Shown: positions 26,687-36,925 of the stretch, piece after piece
How the letters are laid out: each line of letters starts with the position of its first letter
How positions within the stretch are numbered: the first letter of the stretch is position 1
Assembly (NCBI GenBank): GCA_963704885.1
Contig: CAVPIB010000008.1
Span: 1 to 64,000, forward strand
Length of the DNA stretch: 64,000 nt
Direction of reading: 5' to 3'
Origin: an uncultured Actinomycetes bacterium
GTDB lineage: Bacteria > Actinomycetota > UBA4738 > HRBIN12
The notes under the pieces: generated by a model
Seen by the model: the letters and a program-made list of their open reading frames with translations, nothing else
What the model was told of the DNA's origin: nothing
Database searches by the model: none
Position numbers and translations under genes: made by a program

Positions 26687-28771
26687 GTGGCGAACGCCAC
26701 CAACCAAGTGAAGATCCTCGTCCCGGGTCATCAGTCGATGGTGGCGCTCCTCGGCCAGCGCGACGCGTTCCTCAAGCTCATCGAGTCCGCGTTCGGTGCC
26801 GAGATCCTGGTCCGAGGCAACGAGATCACCATCTCCGGTCCGCCGGAGGAAGCCGAGCGGGCCGGCCGGATCTTCGAGGAACTGCTGACCCTGCTGGAAC
26901 GTGGTCACGACCTATCCGATTCGTCGGTGGGCGAGGCGATCCAGCTGGTCAAGGGCGCCGGAGACGACGGCGGAGAACCGATCCGTGCGAGCGAGGTCCT
27001 GGGCGATCGCCTGCTGACCGCGCGAGGCAAGGGCATCACCCCCAAGACGATCGGGCAGAAGCGATACGTGGATGCCATCCGCTCGTCCACGGTGACGTTC
27101 GCGATCGGACCGGCCGGCACCGGCAAGACCTACCTGGCGGTCGCGACGGCGGTGCGCGCCCTGCAGGAGCGCCAGGTGTCCCGCCTGATCCTCACCCGCC
27201 CCGCCGTCGAGGCAGGAGAGCGGTTGGGCTTCTTGCCCGGCACTCTCTACGAGAAGATCGATCCGTACATGCGCCCGCTCTACGACGCGCTGTTCGAGAT
27301 GACGGGTGCGGACACGCTGAGCCGTCTGATGGAGCGCGGAACGGTGGAGGTGGCGCCGCTGGCATTCATGCGTGGCCGGGCCCAACCGTACTCGAGCAAC
27401 GTCCTCACCCCTGCGGGATTCAGGCCCATCGGAGAGCTTGCCGTGGGCGATCTTGTGACCGGATCCGATGGGCTGCCCACGCCGGTTCTAGGCGTGTATC
27501 CCCAGGGCCGCAAGGAGGTCTTCCGGGTCCGCGCTCAGGACGGGGCGTCAACCTTGTGCTGTGGGGAGCACTTGTGGTCGGTCCTAACGCCTGCCGACAA
27601 GAGGCGCGGCAAGCCGGTACGCGTGCTCGAGACGCAAGAGATGATCGGGGAGCTTCGGGGTGCGCACATGCACAGATTCGAACTACCGCTCATCTCCCGA
27701 CCCGCCGAGTTCGAGTCACAGGACGTTCCGACCGATCCCTACGCCCTCGGGCTTCTCCTCGGGGATGGCTGTATCACGACGAAGACGACGCCCTCCTTCT
27801 CCACGAGCGATCCCGAGCTGGCTCTGGCGCTGGAGATGAACCTCGAAGGGATCGAGCTGGCGCACAAGGGCGGGATCGACTACGTACTCCGGAATCTGGC
27901 CGGCGGTCGCGGCGGAACGAGAGTCGCGAACCCGGTCACAAGCAGGCTGCGAGACCTCGGACTGGCCGGGACTCGATCCGCTACCAAGTTCGTCCCCGAG
28001 CGATACCTTCATAACTCCGCCGAGGTCCGCCTGGCGGTGCTCCAGGGGCTACTCGACACGGATGGTGGCCCCGTGACGCAGCGGGCACGCAGCTGCCGGA
28101 TCCAGTACTGCACCACCTCTCCTCGACTCCGCGACGGCGTCGTCTTCCTGGTCCGTTCGCTGGGCGGCGTGGCGTACGGGCGGACGCGGCGCGCCTTCGG
28201 ACGTAGACCCGGTCGTGCGAACGGACGGCCAGTGCCCCATCGGTCCGATGCGTACGTACTGGACATCCGGTTGCCTGCAGACATCGAGCCGTTCCGTCTG
28301 AAGCGGAAGCGATCGACCTATCGTGCGTTCGGTGGTGGCGGACGCCCGATGCGATTCGTGGACAGCATCGAGCCGGCGGGCGATCAGGAGACGATCTGTA
28401 TCCAAGTGGCGGCGGCGGACTCGCTTTACGTCACGGACGACTTCCTCGTCACGCACAACACCCTTAACGATGCGTTCATCATCTTGGACGAGGCTCAGAA
28501 CACCACCCCTGAGCAGATGAAGATGTTCCTGACGCGGATCGGGTTCGGTTCGAAGGCGGTCATCAACGGCGACGCCACGCAGACCGATCTGCAGTCGGGG
28601 CAGGCATCGGGCCTGGCGGTCGTGCAGGAGATCCTGGAGGGCATCGAGGGGATCGAGTTCTGCCACCTGGGTGCCCGCGACGTGGTGCGGCACAAGATCG
28701 TTCAGGACATCGTCGAGGCCTACCGGGTGTTCGGCGAACAGCGCGACGCGGCGGCGACCGACCGCACATGA
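26687..28771 (+). CDS. phoH: PhoH-family ATPase (PhoH/YbeZ) containing an intein
   Basis: GPAGTGKT, RPAVEAGERLGFLPG, AFMRGR|intein|TLNDAFIILDEAQN; exteins total 334 aa. Confidence 0.96.
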   Translation: MANATNQVKILVPGHQSMVALLGQRDAFLKLIESAFGAEILVRGNEITISGPPEEAERAGRIFEELLTLLERGHDLSDSSVGEAIQLVKGAGDDGGEPIRASEVLGDRLLTARGKGITPKTIGQKRYVDAIRSSTVTFAIGPAGTGKTYLAVATAVRALQERQVSRLILTRPAVEAGERLGFLPGTLYEKIDPYMRPLYDALFEMTGADTLSRLMERGTVEVAPLAFMRGRAQPYSSNVLTPAGFRPIGELAVGDLVTGSDGLPTPVLGVYPQGRKEVFRVRAQDGASTLCCGEHLWSVLTPADKRRGKPVRVLETQEMIGELRGAHMHRFELPLISRPAEFESQDVPTDPYALGLLLGDGCITTKTTPSFSTSDPELALALEMNLEGIELAHKGGIDYVLRNLAGGRGGTRVANPVTSRLRDLGLAGTRSATKFVPERYLHNSAEVRLAVLQGLLDTDGGPVTQRARSCRIQYCTTSPRLRDGVVFLVRSLGGVAYGRTRRAFGRRPGRANGRPVPHRSDAYVLDIRLPADIEPFRLKRKRSTYRAFGGGGRPMRFVDSIEPAGDQETICIQVAAADSLYVTDDFLVTHNTLNDAFIILDEAQNTTPEQMKMFLTRIGFGSKAVINGDATQTDLQSGQASGLAVVQEILEGIEGIEFCHLGARDVVRHKIVQDIVEAYRVFGEQRDAAATDRT
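27380..28459 (+). mobile_element. 360-aa class 3 intein with LAGLIDADG homing endonuclease
   Basis: Starts AQPY (Ala1), block B CGEHLW, block F TICIQV, ends LVTHN/T; LGLLLGDG and LQGLLDTDG motifs. Confidence 0.95.
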
Positions 28772-29217
28772 ACACCATGGGCGACGACGACGGCAGCCAT
28801 CCGGCGGTCCTGTTCTCGAACCGGCAGACGATCCCGGTAGACGAGGACGGCCTCCGCACGCTCGCCACAGAGACGCTATCGGCCGAGGGCCACCGCGAAG
28901 TCGAACTCTCCGTGTCGTTCGTGGACGAGTCGGAGATCGCCGACCTGCACGTCCGCTACATGGATGAGGCCGGTCCGACGGACGTGTTGTCCTTCCCGCT
29001 CGACGACGTCGATGAGCGTGGCGTGCGCCTGCTAGGAGACGTGGTCATCGCGCCATCCATGGCCGCCCGCAACAACCCGGCCGATCTGGCGGGCGAGGTC
29101 AGGCTGTTGCTGGTCCACGGGATACTGCACGTGTTGGGCTACGACCACGAGGAAGACGCCGAGCGTGCCGAGATGTGGGCGCGCCAGGAGCGCTACAGCG
29201 GGGTGCGGATCCCATGA
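28768..29217 (+). CDS. ybeY: rRNA maturation endoribonuclease YbeY
   Basis: PTDVLSFP, LLGDVVI, HGILHVLGYDH. Confidence 0.96.
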   Translation: MNTMGDDDGSHPAVLFSNRQTIPVDEDGLRTLATETLSAEGHREVELSVSFVDESEIADLHVRYMDEAGPTDVLSFPLDDVDERGVRLLGDVVIAPSMAARNNPADLAGEVRLLLVHGILHVLGYDHEEDAERAEMWARQERYSGVRIP

Positions 29218-30500
29218 CGTGGTTGTGGGTCCTCGTCGTCGTGTTCGTGCTGCTGGGTTCGCTGATGGCGCTGGCCGAATCGGCCCTGACGCGCATGAGT
29301 CGGGTACGGGCCCTCGCGTTCCAGGAAGAGGGTCGCCGGAACGCTGCGGTGCTCGTGAAGCTCGAATCCGACCCGCCCCGGTACTTGAACTCGGTGTACC
29401 TGTCGGTGGTCATCGTCCAGAACGGGTCGGCGATCCTGGTCGCGATCCTCGCCGCGCAGACCTACGAGAGCCTCGGCGTCACTCTCGTCTCGCTGGCCTT
29501 CACGCTCCTTTACTTCGTGCTGGTCGAGGCGATGGCGAAGACGTTCGGGGTCCTGCACTCGGACCGCGTGGCCCTGGCGCTGGCGCCGCTCGTGTACTTG
29601 CTCGGGCGGATCCTCGCTTTGCCCACCCGCATGTTGATCGGCCTGGCGAACGTCCTGCTTCCCGGCAAGGGACTGAAGCAGGGGCCGTTCGTTTCCGAGG
29701 AGGAGATCCGCTCCATGGCCGTCGTGGGACACGAGGAGGGCTCGATCGAGGAGGACGAGAAGGAGCTGATCCATTCGATCTTCGAGTTCGGTGACACGAT
29801 CGTGCGCGAGGTGATGGTCCCGCGACCCGACATCATCGCGATCGAGGACGACAAGACGCTCCGTGATGTTCAGGTCTTGGTGGTGGAGCACGGCACGTCG
29901 CGGATCCCCGTCTACGACGCCGACGACGACCTGGACGACGTGATCGGGATCGTGTTCGCCAAGGACGTGCTGAAGGCGCTTCACCAGGGCAAGCACGATA
30001 TGAAGCTCGCCGACATCGTCCGCGAGGCGCGCTACGTGCCGGAGTCCAAGAAGGTGGCGGATCTGCTCCGCGAGATGCAGCGCGAGAAGTTCCACCTGGC
30101 GCTCGTCACCGACGAGTACGGCTCCGTGTCGGGGCTCGTGTCGCTCGAGGATCTGCTGGAGGAGTTGGTAGGCGAGATCACCGACGAGTACGACCAGGAA
30201 GAGCTGGAGGTGGAGCGCGTCGGAGAGGGCGTCTACAGGGTCTCGGGCAAGGTTTCGGTCGACGACGTCAACGAGTTGTTGGAGGCGGAGCTACCTGACG
30301 AGGAGTGGGACACGGTGGCCGGCCTCGTGCTGGATCTGTTCGGCAAGATCCCGCGGCAAGGGGAAGAGGTGACCTTCCAGGGACTGAGCTTCCGGGCCGA
30401 GGAGGTCCAGGGCCGTCGCATCGCGAAGGTACTCATCACGAGGGCGCCCGCATCGGTGACTGGACAGGAACCGGGGCAGGAGGAGACCGTACGTGGCTGA
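29214..30500 (+). CDS. CNNM/CBS/CorC hemolysin-family (Mg/Co transport) membrane protein
   Basis: N-terminal TMs, VREVMVPR, SRIPVY, DEYG...LEDLLEELVGEI.DEYD. Confidence 0.93.
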   Translation: MTWLWVLVVVFVLLGSLMALAESALTRMSRVRALAFQEEGRRNAAVLVKLESDPPRYLNSVYLSVVIVQNGSAILVAILAAQTYESLGVTLVSLAFTLLYFVLVEAMAKTFGVLHSDRVALALAPLVYLLGRILALPTRMLIGLANVLLPGKGLKQGPFVSEEEIRSMAVVGHEEGSIEEDEKELIHSIFEFGDTIVREVMVPRPDIIAIEDDKTLRDVQVLVVEHGTSRIPVYDADDDLDDVIGIVFAKDVLKALHQGKHDMKLADIVREARYVPESKKVADLLREMQREKFHLALVTDEYGSVSGLVSLEDLLEELVGEITDEYDQEELEVERVGEGVYRVSGKVSVDDVNELLEAELPDEEWDTVAGLVLDLFGKIPRQGEEVTFQGLSFRAEEVQGRRIAKVLITRAPASVTGQEPGQEETVRG

Positions 30501-30900
30501 CGCGCCTGATCTGGAGGCGCTGGTGGAGGCCGCGCTCCGCGTACGCGAGCACGCCTATGCCCCGTATAGCCACTTCCAGGTGGGCGCCGCCCTCTCGGCC
30601 GGAGGGCGTACCTTCATCGGCGCGAACTTCGAGAACGCGTCCTATGGGGTGTCGATCTGTGCCGAACGGAGCGCCGTCGCCGCCATGGTGGCCGCGGGGG
30701 AGCGCCGGATCGATGCGGTGGCGGTGAGCGCGGCGGGCGAGGGTCCACCGGCGTCGCCGTGCGGCGCCTGCCGACAGGTCTTGTCGGAGTTCGCGGACGT
30801 CGACGTCCCTGTGGTTGGCCAGCACGTCGACGGACGCCGGACCGAGTGGACGATTGGAGAGCTGTTGCCGGCGGCGTTCTCGCTCGACCCGAAGCGATGA
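30493..30900 (+). CDS. cdd: Cytidine deaminase
   Basis: AYAPYS.F.VGAA, N.ENASY, CAE, PCGACRQ. Confidence 0.96.
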   Translation: MADAPDLEALVEAALRVREHAYAPYSHFQVGAALSAGGRTFIGANFENASYGVSICAERSAVAAMVAAGERRIDAVAVSAAGEGPPASPCGACRQVLSEFADVDVPVVGQHVDGRRTEWTIGELLPAAFSLDPKR

Positions 30901-31781
30901 GCGCGTTCCGGTCCGGGATCGTGGCCGTCGTAGGCCGGCCGAACGTCGGCAAGTCCACCTTGGTCAACGCGCTCGTGGGCCGCAAGGTGGCGATCGTGTC
31001 CGACAAGCCCCAGACCACGCGCCGCCACATCCGGGCGATCTTGAACATCGAGGATGCCCAGGTGGTCTTCACCGATACGCCCGGCTTCCACAAACCGAAG
31101 ACGCTCTTGGGCACACGGCTCAACAACCTGGTCCGGAACGCGGTCGAGGGCGTGGACGCGGTGGTGCTGGTGGTGGACGCCCAGGCGGGCGTGGGCCGCG
31201 GAGATGCCTACGTCTACGAACGACAGGTCGCGACGGTCGGAGGCCTCAAGGTCTGTGCGGTGAACAAGGTCGACGCGATCCGCCATCACCTGGTCGTGCC
31301 GCAGCTCGCGGCGGTCCAAGCCCTCGGGGCGTTCGACGAGATCGTGCCGATGTCTGCCCGAGACGGGAAGGGCGTGGGGGTGCTCCGCGACCTGATCCTG
31401 GAGCACGTCCCCGAGGGGCCCGCACTCTACCCGGTGGACGAGGACACCGATCAGCCGATCGAGATCAGCCTCGCGGAGATGGTTCGCGAGCAGGCGCTGC
31501 GCGTGACGCGCCAGGAGGTCCCGCATTCGATCATGGTCGTCGTGGAGGAGATGGAGCGCGAAGGTGATCTCACCCGTGTGCACGCGACCTTGGTGGTCGA
31601 GCGCGATTCGCAGAAGGGGATAGTCATAGGCAAGGGCGGTGAGACGTTGAAGGCGATCGGGACCGCCGCGCGCTTGGAGATGGAGCCGCTGCTCGGCACG
31701 CGCGTGTTCCTGGACCTCCGCGTGAAGGTCGTGAAGGAATGGCAGCGCGATCCGAGAGCGATGGACAAGCTGGGTTTGTAG
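30897..31781 (+). CDS. era: GTPase Era
   Basis: GRPNVGKS, KPQTTR, DTPG, NKVD, KH domain VIGKGG. Confidence 0.98.
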   Translation: MSAFRSGIVAVVGRPNVGKSTLVNALVGRKVAIVSDKPQTTRRHIRAILNIEDAQVVFTDTPGFHKPKTLLGTRLNNLVRNAVEGVDAVVLVVDAQAGVGRGDAYVYERQVATVGGLKVCAVNKVDAIRHHLVVPQLAAVQALGAFDEIVPMSARDGKGVGVLRDLILEHVPEGPALYPVDEDTDQPIEISLAEMVREQALRVTRQEVPHSIMVVVEEMEREGDLTRVHATLVVERDSQKGIVIGKGGETLKAIGTAARLEMEPLLGTRVFLDLRVKVVKEWQRDPRAMDKLGL

Positions 31782-31841
31782 GTCCTCAGGGCCGTGCCCG
31801 GGGCGCTGCAAGGGGGCCCCGGTGGGTACGATGAACGCCTG

Positions 31842-32801
31842 ATGGTTCACGCCGCGCAGATCCAGCCGAGTGAACGCCGACCCGTGCTCTCGGGCGGCGT
31901 CGAGGCGCAACGACTGGTCGCCCGTACGGTCGCGGTCGACGCCGTGGGGCTGGAGGAGCGGGCTGCCTCGCTCGCCAAACGTTCCATCAAGAAGTCGTCG
32001 AAACTCTGGGCGCTCGACCTGGCGATCCGGTGCATCGACCTAACGACCCTGGAAGGGACCGACACGGTCGGCAAGATCGTGGCCATGTGCTCCAAGGCGG
32101 TCAGGCCGGATCCCGTCGATACGACGATCCCTTCGGTAGCAGCCGTGTGTCTTTACCCGCAGCTCGTTCCGGTGGCCGCCGCGCAGCTCGCCGGGACGGG
32201 CGTGCACGTGGCGAGTGTCGCGGGCGCTTTCCCCGCGGGGCTCGGTCCCTTGGACACCCGCCTGCGCGAGATCGCGGAGGTCGTGGAGCTGGGCGCCGAC
32301 GAGGTGGACATCGTGTTGAACCGTTCGCTGTTCCTCGGCGGCCGCTACGCCCAGGCGTACGAGGAGCTGGTCGCGGCCCGGGACGCCGCGGGATCGGCCC
32401 ACCTGAAGGTCATCCTGGAGATAGGGGAGCTTGGGAGCTATGACCGGATCCGACAGGCCTCCGTGCTCGCCATGGCCGCCGGCGCCGACTTCATCAAGAC
32501 CTCGACCGGGAAGATCGGCACGGGCGCCACGCTCCCGGCCGCGCTCTGCATGATGGAGGCCGCGCGCGACTTCCACCGTCAGACAGGCGTGGAGGTCGGC
32601 GTGAAGGTCGCCGGTGGAGTTCGGACATCGAAGAACGCCATCCAGTACCTGACGCTGCTGTACGAGACCCTCGGTCCCGAGTGGATGACGCCCGAGCGGT
32701 TCCGCATCGGAGCGTCCACACTCCTGAACGACGTGATCATGCAGATCGACGCGCAGCGGACGGGCCGTTACCAGGGCCGCGACTACTTCACGATCGACTG
32801 A
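31842..32801 (+). CDS. deoC: Deoxyribose-phosphate aldolase
   Basis: IDLTTLEG, GADEVDIV, LKVILE.GEL, FIKTSTGK, GVKVAGG. Confidence 0.95.
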   Translation: MVHAAQIQPSERRPVLSGGVEAQRLVARTVAVDAVGLEERAASLAKRSIKKSSKLWALDLAIRCIDLTTLEGTDTVGKIVAMCSKAVRPDPVDTTIPSVAAVCLYPQLVPVAAAQLAGTGVHVASVAGAFPAGLGPLDTRLREIAEVVELGADEVDIVLNRSLFLGGRYAQAYEELVAARDAAGSAHLKVILEIGELGSYDRIRQASVLAMAAGADFIKTSTGKIGTGATLPAALCMMEAARDFHRQTGVEVGVKVAGGVRTSKNAIQYLTLLYETLGPEWMTPERFRIGASTLLNDVIMQIDAQRTGRYQGRDYFTID

Positions 32802-32814
32802 GGCGTGAGCTGAC

Positions 32815-34287
32815 ATGAGCGACGCGATCGAACGCCCATCGGCTACTTGGGAGTACGCGCCCGCGCCGGAGTCCACCGGGATCGTCCGGCTGGAGGACCG
32901 CTACGGCCTGTTCGTGAACGGCGAGTTCGTGGAGCCGAAATCCGGGAAGTGGTTCACCACGATCAACCCTGCCACCGAGGAACCGCTCGCCGAGGTCGCG
33001 GAAGCAGGTGCCGAAGACGTGGGCCTGGCCGTCGACGCCGCGCGCGACGCGTACGAACTGCGTTGGCGCTCGCTCCCCGGCTCCGAGCGCGCGAAGTACC
33101 TCTACCGGATCGCGCGTCAGCTGCAGGAGCGCGCGCGGGAGTTCGCGGTCCTGGAATCGATGAACGGCGGCAAGCCCATCAAGGAGTCGCGCGACATAGA
33201 CTTGCCGCTCGCGGCGGCGCACTTCTTCTACTACGCGGGCTGGGCCGACAAGCTCGAGTACGCGTTCCCCGGCCGGACGCCTTCGCCTATCGGGGTTGCG
33301 GGGCAGATCATCCCGTGGAACTTCCCCATGCTCATGGCTGCGTGGAAGCTGGCGCCAGCGCTCGCGACCGGGAACACCGCGGTGCTGAAGCCCGCCGAGA
33401 CCACGCCGCTCACGGCCCTGCTGCTCGCGCAGGTGATCCAGGAAGCCGAGCTGCCCCCGGGCGTGGTGAACATCGTGACCGGAGCAGGGGAGACCGGCGC
33501 AGCGCTGGTGGAGTCCTCCGTCGACAAGGTGGCTTTCACCGGCTCGACCGAGGTCGGCAAGATCATCCGCCGGACGATCGCCGGAAGCGGCAAGCGCCTG
33601 ACGCTGGAGCTCGGAGGCAAGGCCGCGAACATCGTGTTCGAAGACGCCCCTCTCGACCAGGCGATCGAGGGCGTGGTGAACGGGATCTTCTTCAACCAGG
33701 GCCACGTGTGCTGCGCGGGCTCGCGCCTGTTGGTGCAGGAACCGGTCTTCGATGTGCTGATGGACAAGCTCAAGGAGCGTCTGCAGACGTTGCGCGTGGG
33801 CGATCCGCTCGACAAGAACACGGACGTCGGCGCGATCAACTCACGAGCGCAGCTGCTCAAGATCGAGGAGTTGGTCGCGTCCGGCGTGGAGGAAGGCGCC
33901 GAGATGTACCAGCCCGAGTGTGTGCTTCCCGAACGCGGGTTCTGGTTCCGGCCAACGTTGTTCACGGGTGTCTCGCAGTCGCACCGGATCGCGCGCGAGG
34001 AGATCTTCGGACCCGTTCTTTCGATCCTGACGTTCCGAACGCCCGAGGAGGCCGTGGAGAAGGCGAACAACTCGCCGTACGGCCTATCCGCCGGCGTGTG
34101 GACCGAGAAGGGGTCGCGCATCCTGTGGATGGCCGAACGCCTGCGCGCCGGCGTGGTCTGGGCGAACACGTTCAACCGGTTCGATCCGGCGTCGCCGTTC
34201 GGCGGCTACAAGGAGAGCGGCTTCGGTCGCGAGGGCGGTCTTCAAGGGCTCGAGCCGTACCTGCGCCTGGACGGAGGTTCGTCGTGA
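32815..34287 (+). CDS. Aldehyde dehydrogenase (full-length)
   Basis: IPWNFP, LKPAE, FTGST, LELGGK, catalytic Cys in GHVCCAG, EEIFGP. Confidence 0.97.
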   Translation: MSDAIERPSATWEYAPAPESTGIVRLEDRYGLFVNGEFVEPKSGKWFTTINPATEEPLAEVAEAGAEDVGLAVDAARDAYELRWRSLPGSERAKYLYRIARQLQERAREFAVLESMNGGKPIKESRDIDLPLAAAHFFYYAGWADKLEYAFPGRTPSPIGVAGQIIPWNFPMLMAAWKLAPALATGNTAVLKPAETTPLTALLLAQVIQEAELPPGVVNIVTGAGETGAALVESSVDKVAFTGSTEVGKIIRRTIAGSGKRLTLELGGKAANIVFEDAPLDQAIEGVVNGIFFNQGHVCCAGSRLLVQEPVFDVLMDKLKERLQTLRVGDPLDKNTDVGAINSRAQLLKIEELVASGVEEGAEMYQPECVLPERGFWFRPTLFTGVSQSHRIAREEIFGPVLSILTFRTPEEAVEKANNSPYGLSAGVWTEKGSRILWMAERLRAGVVWANTFNRFDPASPFGGYKESGFGREGGLQGLEPYLRLDGGSS

Positions 34288-35150
34288 AAGAAAACGTTGA
34301 GCGCATACCGGTCAAGCGCACGGCGAAGCTCTTCATCGGCGGCAAGTTCCCGCGCAGCGAATCGGGACACGCCTACGAGGTTCAAGCGCACGACGGGCGA
34401 CCGCTCGGATGGGTGGCGAAGGCGTCGCGCAAGGACCTACGCGACGCCGTGGTTGCTGCCCGCGCCGCCCAGCCAGGCTGGGCGGCGCTCACCGCCTACA
34501 ACAGGGGTCAGATCCTCTACCGCGTGGCCGAGCTGATGGAGGGCCGCCGCGCGCAGTTCGTCCAGGAGCTTACGGACACCGGTGCCTCCGACCCCGAGCG
34601 CGGGATCGATTCCGCGATCGACCGATGGGTCTGGTACGCGGGATGGTGCGACAAGATCCACCAGGCGCTCGGCTCCACGAACCCTGTGGCCGGGCCGTAC
34701 TTCAACTTCACCCTCCCGGAGCCGACGGGTGTGGTCGGCGTCGTGCCCCCAGCGGAGCAGCCGTTGCTCGGCCTGGTGTCCCGGATCGCGCCGGCGATCG
34801 TCTCGGGGAACGCCGTCGTGGTGCTGGCGTCGGAGAGCGGCCCGCTTCCGGCCGTCTCGCTAGGTGAGGTGCTTGCCACATCCGACGTCCCGGGCGGCGT
34901 GGTGAACATCCTGACCGGCTCCACCGCCGAGCTGGTCCCGTGGCTCGCCGGGCACATGGACGTGAACGCGATCGACGTCACGGGAGTGCCCGTCGAGCTG
35001 CTCCCTGAGATCGAGCGCCTTGCCGCCGAGAACGTGAAGCGGATCCACCGAGCGCCCACAGGTGACCCGTTCAGCGCAGATGCGCAGAGCCCGTACGAGA
35101 TCACGGCGCTGATGGAGTTCAAGACCGTCTGGCACCCTATCGGGGCGTAG
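34284..35150 (+). CDS. Short ALDH-like protein (Rossmann domain only)
   Basis: 288 aa, GTGA overlap; EPTGVVG and PGGVVNILTG present, ELGGK and catalytic Cys domain absent. Confidence 0.9.
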   Translation: MKENVERIPVKRTAKLFIGGKFPRSESGHAYEVQAHDGRPLGWVAKASRKDLRDAVVAARAAQPGWAALTAYNRGQILYRVAELMEGRRAQFVQELTDTGASDPERGIDSAIDRWVWYAGWCDKIHQALGSTNPVAGPYFNFTLPEPTGVVGVVPPAEQPLLGLVSRIAPAIVSGNAVVVLASESGPLPAVSLGEVLATSDVPGGVVNILTGSTAELVPWLAGHMDVNAIDVTGVPVELLPEIERLAAENVKRIHRAPTGDPFSADAQSPYEITALMEFKTVWHPIGA

Positions 35151-35193
35151 ACGGGGGTAGCCACTCAAGCGCGGCTGAGGCATCATCCACGCT

Positions 35194-36855
35194 ATGGTCA
35201 GCGAGGCCGGATCCGGTCCGCTCGCGCGCGGCAGCGAAGCGCTCCTGAGCGGTGACTGGGAAGGCGCTCGAGGGGCGTTCGAGGCGAGTCTCGCCGAGGA
35301 CCCTTCCGCGACCGCAGAGGAGGGACTCGGTCGCGCTCTCTGGTGGCTCCGGGACACCGAGGCCGCGATCTCGCATGTCGAGCGAGCCTACGCCGCCCAT
35401 CGACTGGCCGGGGAGGTTAGCCGAGCGGCAGCGAACGCCCTCTGGCTCTCGCGCGAGTTCGCGGCCGCGTACGGCAACGCAGCCGTGAGCGCGGGCTGGT
35501 ACGCACGCGCGGAGGGCCTGCTGGAGGACGCGGGCGATGTTCCGGAGCGAGGGTGGTTGGCGCTCGCCAGGGCCGAGCGCTCGGAGATCCCCCAGGAGAT
35601 GCTGCAGCACGCGAAGAAGGCGCTCGAAACGGCGCGGCGCCTCGGCGATAGCGACCTCGAGGCGGCCGCCCTGGTGAGGGCCGGGTACGCGGAGGTCGCG
35701 GCGGGAGATGTGGTGCCGGGCACGGCCAAGGTCGACGAGGGGCTCGCCGCGGCGACCGGTGGGGAAGTGAGCAGTCTGGAGACGATCGGGGACGTGATCT
35801 GTGTGGGGATCGCGGCGTGTGAGCTCGCGGCCGACTGGCAGCGTATCGAGCAGTGGGGACAAGCCGTCGAGGGGTGGATCAACTCGAACGATCACGTGGC
35901 GGTGCTCGGATTCTGCTACGCATGCTGCGCGGAGATGTTCATCGCATCCGGCGAGTGGGAGATGGCCGACGGGATGCTCGCCGAAGGCCTGCGGGCCATG
36001 CAGGCCGCGAACCTGCGAGCCCGGTGCGTTCACCCCGCGGCCAAGCTGGCAGAGCTCCGTGTGGTGCAAGGCCGCTACGAGGAAGCCGCCCAGCTGCTCG
36101 CCGGGTTCGAGGAGCTTCCGGAGTCGACCCACGCGTTGGCGTCGCTGCATCTGGCGAACGGCGAGACGGCGATGGCTGCGGCCGTCCTGCATAGACGTCT
36201 CAACTCCGTCGGGGTCGACAGCGTCCTCGCCGCGCCCTTCCTGGATCTCCTGGTGAATGTACAACTCGTGCAGGGTGATCTCGATGGCGCCGCAGCGACG
36301 ACCGCCCGGCTGGAAGTCGTCGCCCAGCGCTCATCGCTCCCCAGGATCACGGCCATGGCTACGTTCGCAAGGGGTCGCGTCGCAGCGGGCCAGAAGGATC
36401 CGGGGGCACCTCAGCTCCTCGGGTCGGCGGTCTCGCTGTTCGCAGCACAGAAGCTCCCTCTCGACGCTGCCCGAGCCCGGTTCGAGTTGGCTGGAACGCT
36501 CCGGGGATCCGAGCCGGAGGTCGCGATCGGCGAAGCTCGCACCGCCCTGGCGGAGTTCGAGAGACTCGGCGCGCCGCGAGATGCCGACGCAGCTGCGGCC
36601 TTCCTCCGCCAGCAAGGGGTCGCCGGACGAACGGGGCCCAAGGGCCTCGGTCTGCTGAGTCGGCGAGAGAAGGAGGTGCTCGCGCTCCTCGGTGAGGGTC
36701 TGACGAACGCCGAGATCGCGGCGCGTCTGTATATCAGCACTAAGACGGCGGGCAACCACGTGAGCAGCGTGCTCTCGAAGCTGAATCTTCGGAGCCGCAC
36801 GGAGGCCGCGGCCTATGCGATCAGGTACCTGGGCGAAGGATCCACCCAGAGATAG
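35194..36855 (+). CDS. LuxR-family regulator with TPR-like helical sensor region
   Basis: C-terminal [35 protein letters not shown]. Confidence 0.93.
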   Translation: MVSEAGSGPLARGSEALLSGDWEGARGAFEASLAEDPSATAEEGLGRALWWLRDTEAAISHVERAYAAHRLAGEVSRAAANALWLSREFAAAYGNAAVSAGWYARAEGLLEDAGDVPERGWLALARAERSEIPQEMLQHAKKALETARRLGDSDLEAAALVRAGYAEVAAGDVVPGTAKVDEGLAAATGGEVSSLETIGDVICVGIAACELAADWQRIEQWGQAVEGWINSNDHVAVLGFCYACCAEMFIASGEWEMADGMLAEGLRAMQAANLRARCVHPAAKLAELRVVQGRYEEAAQLLAGFEELPESTHALASLHLANGETAMAAAVLHRRLNSVGVDSVLAAPFLDLLVNVQLVQGDLDGAAATTARLEVVAQRSSLPRITAMATFARGRVAAGQKDPGAPQLLGSAVSLFAAQKLPLDAARARFELAGTLRGSEPEVAIGEARTALAEFERLGAPRDADAAAAFLRQQGVAGRTGPKGLGLLSRREKEVLALLGEGLTNAEIAARLYISTKTAGNHVSSVLSKLNLRSRTEAAAYAIRYLGEGSTQR

Positions 36856-36925
36856 GGAATCCTCCCCATCCTTCACAGCACCCACCCGGCGCACCATGGT
36901 CGCGTCAGCGACGAAGGGAGGCGCC

